DNA from: an uncultured Bacilli bacterium
GTDB lineage: Bacteria; Bacillota_I; Bacilli_A; RF39; UBA660
Assembly: GCA_934141615.1 (NCBI GenBank)
Contig: CAKPCM010000001.1
Location: forward strand, 1-53,632
Direction of reading: 5' to 3'
Length of the DNA: 53,632 nucleotides
The notes below the pieces were generated by a model. It was not told the origin of the DNA, did not search any database, and saw nothing but the letters and a program-made list of their open reading frames with translations. Below, piece after piece: positions 1-8,474 of the stretch. The translations under genes were made by a program, and so were the position numbers. Each line of letters opens with the position of its first letter. The stretch's first letter is position 1.

Positions 1-164
<164 letters not shown>

Positions 165-220
165 TTAATTTGATTAAAACCGTATTATCATGTTTTCAGA
201 GAATTATTTCTCTATATTTA

Positions 221-325
221 ATCGGTGACGATAGCGAAGTGGACACACCTGTTCCCATCTCGAACACAGCAGTTAAGCACTTCAGCGCTGACGATAGTGT
301 AAGCGAAAATAAGACGTTGCCGGTT
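221..325 (+). rRNA. rrf: 5S rRNA (short, ~105 nt)
   Basis: GGTGACGATAGCGAAGTGGACACACCTGTTCCCATCTCGAACACAGCAGTTAAGCACTTCAGCGCTGA aligns base-for-base with Bacillus-type 5S. Helix I closes CGGTGACG (223-230) with CGTTGCCG (315-322). The ORF 170..358 is an artefact over this RNA. Confidence 0.85.
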
Positions 326-340
326 TTTTTATGCAATAAA

Positions 341-370
341 AAGGACCTACACGAGTAAGTCCTTTTACTA
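341..370 (+). terminator. rRNA operon intrinsic terminator
   Basis: AAGGAC (341-346) / GTCCTT (359-364) hairpin followed by a T-rich tail, directly after the 5S. Confidence 0.6.
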
Positions 371-435
371 TACATCTAATGAAAAATAATATAAAAATAA
401 CTTAATAATCATATTATTATTTAAAAAAACAGCGT

Positions 436-603
436 TTATTTTTTTTCTAAACACTGCTCAATCATAGAAATAATTACATTATTAAAGGAAGTATTGTTTT
501 CTTTTGCTATCTTTTCAATTTCTTTTATTAATTTTTCTTTTATGTATAGTGATTTATAGCCGGCTGGCTCCTTTTCTTTAGTCCTTTTTGGAATAAACGC
601 CAT
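436..603 (-). CDS. Ribbon-helix-helix (CopG/Arc-like) small DNA-binding protein, 55 aa
   Basis: Basic N-terminus, a beta-strand-like KSLYIKEKL, then two helices (IKEIEKIAKENNTSFNNVIISMIEQCL). Start moved to the ATG at 603, preceded by AGGGGTG on the reverse strand. Confidence 0.55.
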   Translation of the reverse strand: MAFIPKRTKEKEPAGYKSLYIKEKLIKEIEKIAKENNTSFNNVIISMIEQCLEKK

Positions 604-637
604 AATATCACCCCTCATATAAATTTTAATATAATAA

Positions 638-658
638 TCTGATACTTGATATATCAGA
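638..658. promoter_or_regulatory. Palindrome TCTGATA-n7-TATCAGA upstream of the RHH gene (candidate operator)
   Basis: Perfect 7-bp inverted arms ~35 bp upstream of the RHH start, lying in the spacer of a reverse-strand TTCTGA-17-TATTAT promoter-like pair. Confidence 0.4.
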
Positions 659-998
659 AATTTCTCATACTATTCTTTGATTTTTATATAATTTATAATT
701 TATTATATAGAAGGTGGTTAAAATAATATTTAAAGCTAGCAAGTTATATTGCAAATATGTTATTAACATTATTAGTAATAGTATGAAAAAATTAAAAAGA
801 AATACTGATACATATAATGAATTAGATGAAAAATTATATGAATCATATTTAAAATTAGAAGAAATTATTAATACGGAATTTCCTAATTACTAAAATATTA
901 TATTTTATTTAATTTACGTTTTTTGTAACATTTTGTAAAATGAAACTTTTTTATTGTAATAAAGTTTTTTTTTTACTATAATATTTATGGTGATTAAA

Positions 999-1451
999 AT
1001 GGAATATAAAATAACTACAAACTCAGAAGAAGATACAATAGTTTTGGCTCAAAACTTTGAATCAGAAAAATTTAATAATATGGTTATTTGCTTAATAGGT
1101 GAATTAGGTAGTGGTAAAACCGTTTTCACTAAAGGTTTTGCAGGCGCATTAGGTATTGAAGAAAACATTACTTCTCCAACGTTTAACATAATAAAGGAGT
1201 ATACATCTGGAGAAATGAACTTGTATCATATGGATGTATATCGTCTAGAAGGAGATATTACTGATCTTGGGTTAGAAGAATATCTAAAAAAAGATGGTGT
1301 TGTAATAATTGAATGGGCAGATATGATAGAATCTGAATTACCAGAAGAACGTTTGGAAATTAAATTCAAAATTACCGGAGAAGAAAAAAGAACTTTAACT
1401 ATTACTCCATATGGTAGTAAATATGAAGATTTATGTGAGGATGTACTTTGA
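999..1451 (+). CDS. tsaE: tRNA t6A37 biosynthesis ATPase TsaE
   Basis: P-loop GELGSGKTVFTKG, ~150 aa, first gene of the canonical tsaE-tsaB-rimI-tsaD cluster. Alternative start at ATG 987. Confidence 0.85.
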   Translation: MEYKITTNSEEDTIVLAQNFESEKFNNMVICLIGELGSGKTVFTKGFAGALGIEENITSPTFNIIKEYTSGEMNLYHMDVYRLEGDITDLGLEEYLKKDGVVIIEWADMIESELPEERLEIKFKITGEEKRTLTITPYGSKYEDLCEDVL

Positions 1452-2101
1452 AAACTTTATTTGTAGATTCATCTAGAAAAAGCTTATCTGTTGCACTCGC
1501 CTTAAATGATGAGCTTCTTTTAGTATCAAACGTTGATTCATATAGCAAGCACTCAAATTACCTTATGAACGAAATTAAAAGTATTTTAGAAAAATTTAAC
1601 CTAAAACCAAATGACATAGACAATTATGTTGTTTTAAATGGACCAGGCAGTTTTACAGGGATTAGGGTAGGTGTTACCGTTTGTAAAACTCTTGCATGGA
1701 CCTTGAGCAAAAAAATATATAAATTAAATAATTTGGAAGCATTAAGAGTAGGAATAGATGATGATGTTGTAATAAGTGTTATTCCAGACAAGAAAAATGC
1801 ATCCTATGTTGGTATTTATTCTGATAATTATACATGTGAAGATTATTTAGAACTTTCAAGTGATAAATTAAAATTTAATAGCAAAAATATTACATTAGTA
1901 AGCATGGAAGATAATGAATATTTACAAAGCTTAAAAGATATGTTACAAACTAGTAACAAGGTTAATGTAAAAATAATAAATGATTATGATTACTTAAAGG
2001 TAATAAATTATGCACTATCAAAACAATGTATAAATCCACATTCTTTGGTTCCTATTTACTTGAAAAAGATAGATGCGGAAAAGAAGAAAAATGAAAATTA
2101 G
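1448..2101 (+). CDS. tsaB: tRNA t6A37 biosynthesis protein TsaB
   Basis: GPGSFTGIRVGV motif, ~217 aa, 4-nt overlap with tsaE, conserved cluster position. Confidence 0.85.
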   Translation: MKTLFVDSSRKSLSVALALNDELLLVSNVDSYSKHSNYLMNEIKSILEKFNLKPNDIDNYVVLNGPGSFTGIRVGVTVCKTLAWTLSKKIYKLNNLEALRVGIDDDVVISVIPDKKNASYVGIYSDNYTCEDYLELSSDKLKFNSKNITLVSMEDNEYLQSLKDMLQTSNKVNVKIINDYDYLKVINYALSKQCINPHSLVPIYLKKIDAEKKKNEN

Positions 2102-2501
2102 AAATTATAAAAAAGAAGATATACCAGATATAGAAAAACTAGGATTACACCTTCACGATAACTATAAGTTTTTGCTGGATGACTTTTCAGATGCATTAGT
2201 AATTATAGAAGAAGAAAAAATTATTGGTTTTATAGTTTATAGCATAATTTATGAAAGAGCAGAAATAATTGATATCGCAGTTGATCCTAAAAGTAGAAAT
2301 AAAGGCTATGCTAAAGCCTTACTAAATTATCTTATTAATGATATAATAAGTGAAAGGTGCGATAACATAACCTTGGAAGTAAATAAAACAAACAAAATTG
2401 CAATAGGTCTTTATAAAAGCATCGGTTTTTCTGTTGTTGCAACAAGAAAAGGATATTATGAAGGCTCTGATGGATATTTAATGAAAATGGATTTGAGGTG
2501 A
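2091..2501 (+). CDS. rimI: Ribosomal-protein-alanine N-acetyltransferase (GNAT)
   Basis: GNAT acetyl-CoA motif (VDPKSRNKGYAKALL). Sits between tsaB and tsaD as in most Bacillota. Alternative start at 2073. Confidence 0.8.
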   Translation: MKIRNYKKEDIPDIEKLGLHLHDNYKFLLDDFSDALVIIEEEKIIGFIVYSIIYERAEIIDIAVDPKSRNKGYAKALLNYLINDIISERCDNITLEVNKTNKIAIGLYKSIGFSVVATRKGYYEGSDGYLMKMDLR

Positions 2502-2505
2502 TAAA

Positions 2506-3510
2506 ATGAAAGATGTTTATATATTTGCAATTGAAACTAGTTGTGATGAAACAAGTGCAAGTATAATAAAAAATGGTAATACTGAAATAGCTACCGTCGT
2601 TTTATCACAAATTGATATACACAAAAAATTTGGAGGCGTAGTTCCAGAAATAGCAAGCCGTAATCATACTGGTGCAATTACTATGGTATTTGAAGAATGT
2701 TTAAAAAAGGCTAATATGACGTTTAATGATATAGATGCAATTGCGGTAACTTATGGACCAGGATTAAATGGAGCTTTATTAATTGGAATAGAAGCTGCTA
2801 AGGCACTTTCTTTTGCAACTGGAAAACCACTTGTTAAGGTAAATCATATGGCGGGACATATATATGCAAATAAGTTTGTTGGAGATTTTAAGTTTCCTTT
2901 ACTATGCCTAGTTGTATCAGGAGGACACACCGAAATAGTTTATATGGATAAAGAATTTTCATTTAAGAAAATAGGAAGTACTTTAGATGATTCAGTAGGC
3001 GAGGCTTATGATAAGGTGGCAAGAGTAGTTGGTATTCCATATCCAGGCGGACCTTTAATGGATAAAATGGCAAGTTTAGGTAAACACACGTATAACCTTC
3101 CAGCCCCTAAAGATGATTCATCATATGACTTTAGTTTTAGTGGTATTAAAAGTGCTGTTATTAACCTAGTTCATAATGAAAGACAAAGAGGTCGTGAAAT
3201 AAACAAGGAGGATCTTGCAACATCATTCCAAGAAACGGCAGTAGGTATATTAGTTAAGAAGACCAAACGTGCATTAAAAGAATATGGTGTTAAACAGCTA
3301 TTGGTTGCAGGTGGAGTTTCTGCTAACAGCGGTCTAAGAAAAGCTTTAGAAGAAGTATGCAAAGAGCTTGATGTAGAGCTTTTAAAACCTGAAATAAAGT
3401 ATTGTACTGATAATGCTGCAATGATTGGTGCAGCGGGTTATTATGCCTATTTAAGAGGCGATATAGCAGACTTTAGTTTAAATCCTGAACCAGGATTAGA
3501 TTTAGAATAG
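2506..3510 (+). CDS. tsaD: tRNA N6-adenosine threonylcarbamoyltransferase TsaD
   Basis: IETSCDETS, HMAGH and SGGHTE motifs of the Kae1/TsaD family, 334 aa. Confidence 0.95.
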   Translation: MKDVYIFAIETSCDETSASIIKNGNTEIATVVLSQIDIHKKFGGVVPEIASRNHTGAITMVFEECLKKANMTFNDIDAIAVTYGPGLNGALLIGIEAAKALSFATGKPLVKVNHMAGHIYANKFVGDFKFPLLCLVVSGGHTEIVYMDKEFSFKKIGSTLDDSVGEAYDKVARVVGIPYPGGPLMDKMASLGKHTYNLPAPKDDSSYDFSFSGIKSAVINLVHNERQRGREINKEDLATSFQETAVGILVKKTKRALKEYGVKQLLVAGGVSANSGLRKALEEVCKELDVELLKPEIKYCTDNAAMIGAAGYYAYLRGDIADFSLNPEPGLDLE

Positions 3511-3526
3511 AAAGTGGTGGTGCATA

Positions 3527-3916
3527 ATGAAGAATAATTATGGTTTCACATTAATAGAATTACTTGCAATAGTAGTCATTTTGGGTGTTATAATTGCGGT
3601 TGCAGCACCAAATATGACTAAGCAAATTAATAAAAAAGAAGAAACAGACCAAACTATTTTAGATGAAAAAATATCAAATGCAGCTCATATGTACATAGCA
3701 AAGTATTATTCTGATAAGGTAGTTGGTGGTACTTGTGATAGTAGTACTTGTCGGTTTACTCTTAATGATTTAGAACAAGATGGCCTAATTAATTTAAATG
3801 GTAAAAATTGTACTGGTGTTATGAATAAAGATATGTTCTATTTATCAAGTAATAATTCCTATGATTTTAGTAATATAAAATCATCAGATTGTGCATCAGA
3901 TAAGATTGAAAAATAA
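3527..3916 (+). CDS. Type IV pilin-like / ComGC-like pseudopilin (prepilin N-terminal cleavage-methylation motif)
   Basis: MKNNYG|FTLIELLAIVVILGVIIAVAAP is a class III signal peptide followed by the hydrophobic helix. No assembly genes lie nearby. Confidence 0.8.
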   Translation: MKNNYGFTLIELLAIVVILGVIIAVAAPNMTKQINKKEETDQTILDEKISNAAHMYIAKYYSDKVVGGTCDSSTCRFTLNDLEQDGLINLNGKNCTGVMNKDMFYLSSNNSYDFSNIKSSDCASDKIEK

Positions 3917-3957
3917 AAGACCTAAAATGCTATTAACGTTTTAAGTCTTTTTTGTTT
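3910..3957. terminator. Bidirectional intrinsic terminator, copy 1 of a 48-nt direct repeat
   Basis: AAAATAAAAGACCTAAAATGCTATTAACGTTTTAAGTCTTTTTTGTTT. The AAGAC(C)TAAAAYG / CGTTTTAAGTCTT hairpin is flanked by A- and T-runs. It overlaps the pilin stop codon and is 46/48 identical to 5844-5891. Confidence 0.8.
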
Positions 3958-4045
3958 TATATCTGTATGCAAAACTTTATGTACCTTATTATTCTAAAAA
4001 ATTGGTACTTTAATGACTTTTTGAATAAAATTTGGTACTATTATA

Positions 4046-5251
4046 ATGGTGAGCGTTATGAATTTTGATAAAAGTAAAGTCGATGATGATAATTTAGAAC
4101 TTTTAATTACTATTTTATTTGGCGGTTTGGGTGTTCATAAATTTATGCAAAATGAAACTGGGCTTGGTGTATTATACTTATTTACATTTGGTTTGTTTGG
4201 TATAGGATGGATTTATGATATTTATACGTGTTTTTATTATAAAACTACGAAGTTTAAGGAAATTAAAAAAAGTATAAAAAATAATACGGATAAATGTAAT
4301 GAGTTGAATGAGCATATTGAGAGTTTAAAAAATTCTTATGTCGATATAAAAAAGATTGATTATGGTACTGCAAATTATTCTGACAATAGTATTTGGAATT
4401 ATAAAAGGCCAGCTATTCAAAAATTCAAAGCAGCAAATAATATCCACAATTGCTCTAGAACTGTTGTAAGTAATGCAATGAATCAACCTTTTAAGTATAT
4501 TTGTAAATATTTTAATATAAAACCAAATGAAGAAAATTTGGAAAAATTTGAAAAAATTCTTAATGATTTTTCTGCGGCAGAACAAGGTAAAATTTTATTA
4601 AAAAATGAAAGAGATGAAATTGTTGAAGAAATTAGTGATAAGATTCCACTTATAATAAGAATATTTAATAAAAAAAGGATGGTAAAAAAGTTAGGATTTA
4701 ATGACATAGATTTTAGTCGATTATATTTCCCGAAATATTCATTTAATTATGTCAGTTCAGGAGGATATAGTGGTATGCATTGCGATGTCGTTTTTGATAT
4801 TTCAAATTTAGATAAATTTATAAATTATTTATCAAGTATAATTAAATTTAGAAAAAGTATTGCTGGGCAAAGAGCGCTAATGACATCAAATTTAAGAGAA
4901 AAAATAAAAAAGAGGGATTGTTATACTTGTCAAATTTGTAAAAATTCAACTGAAAAAGAACCTAATTTGTTACTAGAAATAGACCATATCGTTCCGGTAT
5001 CAAAAGGTGGCATGACCACAGAAGATAATCTTCAAACCTTATGTTGGAAATGTAATAGAACGAAAGGATCTAAAATTACTGAATGTATCGAGAAAAAAGA
5101 TAATGATGATATTAAAATAGAAAATGATGATGTTGATAATATTAATGAGAGTAAATATGATAGAATTATTGAATATAAAAAATTACTTGATGATGGAACT
5201 TTAACAAATGAGGAGTTTGAAGCTTTGAAGAAAAAAGAGTTAATGAAATAG
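4046..5251 (+). CDS. Membrane-anchored HNH endonuclease: TM2 domain + unassigned ~210-aa region + HNH + C-terminal SHOCT-like motif
   Basis: TM2 signature GGLGVHKF..GLGVLYLFTFGLFGIGWIYDI. HNH core CQICK..EIDHIVPVSKGG..NLQTLCWKCNRTKG. C-terminal YKKLLDDGTLTNEEFEALKKKEL. Start is ambiguous (ATG 4046 or 4058) and there is no clear SD. Confidence 0.7.
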   Translation: MVSVMNFDKSKVDDDNLELLITILFGGLGVHKFMQNETGLGVLYLFTFGLFGIGWIYDIYTCFYYKTTKFKEIKKSIKNNTDKCNELNEHIESLKNSYVDIKKIDYGTANYSDNSIWNYKRPAIQKFKAANNIHNCSRTVVSNAMNQPFKYICKYFNIKPNEENLEKFEKILNDFSAAEQGKILLKNERDEIVEEISDKIPLIIRIFNKKRMVKKLGFNDIDFSRLYFPKYSFNYVSSGGYSGMHCDVVFDISNLDKFINYLSSIIKFRKSIAGQRALMTSNLREKIKKRDCYTCQICKNSTEKEPNLLLEIDHIVPVSKGGMTTEDNLQTLCWKCNRTKGSKITECIEKKDNDDIKIENDDVDNINESKYDRIIEYKKLLDDGTLTNEEFEALKKKELMK

Positions 5252-5261
5252 GAGTATTAAC

Positions 5262-5837
5262 ATGATTGAAATAGAAGAAATAAAAAAATTAAAGAAATTA
5301 TTTGACCAAGGAATTATTAATGATGTTGAATTTAAGATGGAAAAGGCCAAAATATTAGGATTAGATATTCCTGTTGAGAATGGAGTTAATGATTTATCAG
5401 ATGAAATGAAAAAATTTAAAAAAAATAAAATTAGTGAAAAAATTATGCATAGAGAACATTATTCTGAGAAAAAAGATAAAATTACAGATGAAATGACATT
5501 TCAAAGAAACATAAAACAGAAAAAAACGATATATTCAAAGGAAAAAAAGAAATATCAGGTAAAAAAAATCGTGGAGAAGTTAAAAAAGATTATTCTATGG
5601 GCATTATCTATTATTTTATGTTTATTTGGAATTGTTAGTATAGGATTGTTTTTTGATAACGGTTTAATATATTTACTTCTTGGAATAATTATGTTTGTTC
5701 AAGGCTGTATGATTTGCCCAAGAATTACAAAGTATGCTGAAAAATATAATTTTTATAAAAAGAATAGAATAATAATTATTGGTTTAACTATTTTGTTATT
5801 TGTTATTATTTGTTGTATTTTTCCTGTGAGTAAGTAG
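5262..5837 (+). CDS. SHOCT-like N-terminal motif + Lys-rich linker + three C-terminal TM helices (membrane protein)
   Basis: LKKLFDQGIINDVEFKMEKAKILG at the N-terminus. Hydrophobic segments IILWALSIILCLFGIVSIGLFF, LIYLLLGIIMFVQGCMI and IIIIGLTILLFVIICCIFPV. Starts 10 nt after the HNH gene. Confidence 0.6.
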   Translation: MIEIEEIKKLKKLFDQGIINDVEFKMEKAKILGLDIPVENGVNDLSDEMKKFKKNKISEKIMHREHYSEKKDKITDEMTFQRNIKQKKTIYSKEKKKYQVKKIVEKLKKIILWALSIILCLFGIVSIGLFFDNGLIYLLLGIIMFVQGCMICPRITKYAEKYNFYKKNRIIIIGLTILLFVIICCIFPVSK

Positions 5838-5843
5838 TTATAT

Positions 5844-5891
5844 AAAATAAAAGACCTAAAACGCTACTAACGTTTTAAGTCTTTTTTGTTT
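5844..5891. terminator. Bidirectional intrinsic terminator, copy 2 of the 48-nt direct repeat
   Basis: AAAATAAAAGACCTAAAACGCTACTAACGTTTTAAGTCTTTTTTGTTT. It overlaps the stop codon of the reverse-strand permease gene by 2 nt. Confidence 0.8.
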
Positions 5892-6687
5892 ACCATTCTT
5901 TTTTAAACCTTTTCTCTATAAATAATATTATGAAATAAAGTATGCTAGTTAATATTCCAAGCATTATAACTCCTGCAATTACTAAATTAGTGTTAAATAC
6001 CTGTGAACCATAATTTATTAAATACCCTAATCCTTCTTTAGACACCAATAATTCACCCATTATGACACCAACAAACGTCATTGATAGATTTATCTTAAGA
6101 GAACTAATTATTGTGTTTATATTAGCGGGAAATACGACTTTTGTAAATATTTGAAATTTATTTGCCTTAAAACTTTGCATTAGTCTTATACTTGTTTTAT
6201 TAGTATGTCTAAATCCTACGTACACGCTTATTATTGTTGAAATGGTTGATATTAAAAGAGCCATTAATATTATTGAGTTTTGATTAGCTCCTGCCCATAT
6301 TATTATGATTGGACCTAAAGATACTTTTGGAAGACTATTTAGTATCGTAAGATATGGGTCTAATACCTTGGAAGCAAACGGACTATACCAAAGAAAGGCC
6401 GCAAATACTATTCCAATTAATGAGCCTAAGCCAAAACTTATTAATATCTCTTTTAAGGTTACCCATACGTGCACAAATAAATCATTAGATTTATACAAAT
6501 TAATTATTGTTGTTACTACTTTTTTAGGGCTTGAACATAAAAACGAATTTATTATTCCTTTATCTGATAGAATTTGCCATAGACTTATAAACAGTATAAG
6601 TATAAATATTTGACAGAATATGACTTTTACTGTGGATAATATTTTTTGTTTCATATATTTTTTATATTCCGCTTTAGCTTCCATCAT
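5890..6687 (-). CDS. ABC transporter permease (NitT/TauT, SsuC-like family)
   Basis: Six-TM BPD_transp_1-like protein (…LNSLPKVSLGPIIIIW…) in an operon with the ATPase and an NMT1/THI5-like binding protein. Confidence 0.8.
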   Translation of the reverse strand: MMEAKAEYKKYMKQKILSTVKVIFCQIFILILFISLWQILSDKGIINSFLCSSPKKVVTTIINLYKSNDLFVHVWVTLKEILISFGLGSLIGIVFAAFLWYSPFASKVLDPYLTILNSLPKVSLGPIIIIWAGANQNSIILMALLISTISTIISVYVGFRHTNKTSIRLMQSFKANKFQIFTKVVFPANINTIISSLKINLSMTFVGVIMGELLVSKEGLGYLINYGSQVFNTNLVIAGVIMLGILTSILYFIILFIEKRFKKEW

Positions 6688-7420
6688 CCATCAAATCCTT
6701 CCATATAGCATTATGGTAATAATTAAACTTTTCGTTTTTTCTGTTAGCGCTTGGCATGCCCTTATCTTCCATTTCTATATTGTATACGTTTTTAACTGTC
6801 GCAGGTCTTTTGCTTAACACAATAACTCTATCAGCTAAACTAACGGATTCAGAAATATCATGTGAAACCATAATAGCGGTTTTCTTTTCTTCTTTTATTA
6901 TTTTAAATACGTCATCTGATACATTTATTCTAGTTTGATAATCAAGCGCTGAAAAAGGCTCATCAAGAAGTAAAATATCAGGTCTTATGGCAAGTGTTCT
7001 AATTAAAGCAACACGTTGTCTCATTCCACCAGAAAGTTGTTTTGGGTAACTCTTTTCAAATGATGATAAACCATATTTCTTAAGCAAATTTTTAACGTAT
7101 AACTTGTTTTCTTTGGAAAGATCACCTTTTATTTTAAGTCCGATAAGACAGTTTTCTAGTACGGTTAACCACGGAAATAATGCATCTTCTTGAAACATAT
7201 AACCAACTTTTAAACCGGGTTTAACTTCTATTTTTCCACCACTTTTTTCTTCTAGATTGCCTATTAGTGATAAAATGGTTGATTTCCCACATCCACTAGG
7301 ACCAACTATTACTAAAAACTCATTTTCAAAAACGGTTAAATTAATGTCTTTAAGTGCACATATAACTTGTTTTTCATTTATGTAATTTTTCTTTAACCCC
7401 TTAATTTTTAAGAGTTCCAT
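6674..7420 (-). CDS. ABC transporter ATP-binding protein (NitT/TauT family)
   Basis: Walker A GPSGCGKST, signature LSGGMRQR, Walker B ILLLDEPFSALD. Confidence 0.9.
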   Translation of the reverse strand: MELLKIKGLKKNYINEKQVICALKDINLTVFENEFLVIVGPSGCGKSTILSLIGNLEEKSGGKIEVKPGLKVGYMFQEDALFPWLTVLENCLIGLKIKGDLSKENKLYVKNLLKKYGLSSFEKSYPKQLSGGMRQRVALIRTLAIRPDILLLDEPFSALDYQTRINVSDDVFKIIKEEKKTAIMVSHDISESVSLADRVIVLSKRPATVKNVYNIEMEDKGMPSANRKNEKFNYYHNAIWKDLMDDGS

Positions 7421-7423
7421 TTA

Positions 7424-8422
7424 CTATTTTCCTTGGTATATTAATTTTTCAAAAGGTGCTTTTTTATCTAGTTCTCCAGCACTTATTATTTCTTGTAAGT
7501 GGTCAAAGTCTTTTTTTGTTATTTCTGGTGAACTAGCCCATGCATCATTAGTTTTATATCTTTCAATGATTGCGGTTAAATCATTTAATGATAATTCAGG
7601 AAAGTATTCATATATATCTTTAGCAACTACGCTAGAGTCTGTTTCCTTAACGTATTTTAATCCCTTATCTACTGCTTTGGTAAATCCATCTATTATGTCT
7701 TTATTCTTCTCTATATAGCTTTTTTTAGCGTTATAAGCGGTATAAGGAACTTCGCCACCAAAGCTTCCTACATAACCTACAACGTATCCTAAACCTTGTT
7801 TTTCTACGCTTGTAGCATTTGGTTCAAATAAAGTAACAAAATCAGCATTGCCACCTATAAATGCACCTTCCATTGCAGGAAAAGCAACACTTGTGTCTAT
7901 TGTAAGATCACTTTTAGGATCTATGTTATTTTGTTTTAAAGCCCATTCGAACGTCATTTCAGGCATTCCACCTTTTCTTCCACCGATTACCGTTTTTCCT
8001 TTTAAATCTTCTAGTTTGAAGTTGTCATATTTTTTTCTTGATACTAAAAATGAACCATCTTTCTTAGTTAATCTAGCAAAGTTTACTAAGTAATCTTTTT
8101 CTCCGCTGTTATATACGTATATTGTAGCTTCACTTCCACAAAAACCAACGTCTACGTCACCCGATAAAACGGCAGCGGTAACTTTATCAGCTCCAGCAGT
8201 TAGTGTTAAGTCTATTTTTATTCCTTCATCTTCAAAATATCCTTTACTTATTGCAGCATAAGCTGGCGCATAAAATATGGTATGTGCAACTTCTGCAACC
8301 TTAACTTCTTTTAGCGTGTTTTTATCGTTTTTATTCTCGGAATTTTTATTTATTATAAAAAATAAAACTCCTGCTAAAACAATAATAAAGCATACTAAAA
8401 TAATAATTTTCTTTTTCATCAA
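7424..8422 (-). CDS. ABC transporter substrate-binding protein (NMT1/THI5-like), membrane-anchored
   Basis: N-terminal hydrophobic anchor, periplasmic-binding-fold motifs (AHTIFYAPAYAAISKGYFEDEGI), operon context. Substrate not assignable. Confidence 0.7.
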   Translation of the reverse strand: MMKKKIIILVCFIIVLAGVLFFIINKNSENKNDKNTLKEVKVAEVAHTIFYAPAYAAISKGYFEDEGIKIDLTLTAGADKVTAAVLSGDVDVGFCGSEATIYVYNSGEKDYLVNFARLTKKDGSFLVSRKKYDNFKLEDLKGKTVIGGRKGGMPEMTFEWALKQNNIDPKSDLTIDTSVAFPAMEGAFIGGNADFVTLFEPNATSVEKQGLGYVVGYVGSFGGEVPYTAYNAKKSYIEKNKDIIDGFTKAVDKGLKYVKETDSSVVAKDIYEYFPELSLNDLTAIIERYKTNDAWASSPEITKKDFDHLQEIISAGELDKKAPFEKLIYQGK

Positions 8423-8474
8423 ATCCTCCTTTTTACAATAGTAGTATATTCTTTTTGCAAATATGGGTGATGTA

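Noticed and set aside
170-358. 62-aa ORF in the track
   Set aside because: It lies entirely over the 23S-5S spacer and the 5S rRNA gene, so it is an rRNA artefact and not a CDS.
3910-5891. IS element or transposon interpretation of the repeat-flanked cassette
   Set aside because: There is no transposase or integrase and no terminal inverted repeats. The 48-nt direct repeat is far longer than a normal target-site duplication and is itself a functional terminator. I kept it as an insertion or cassette of unknown mechanism.
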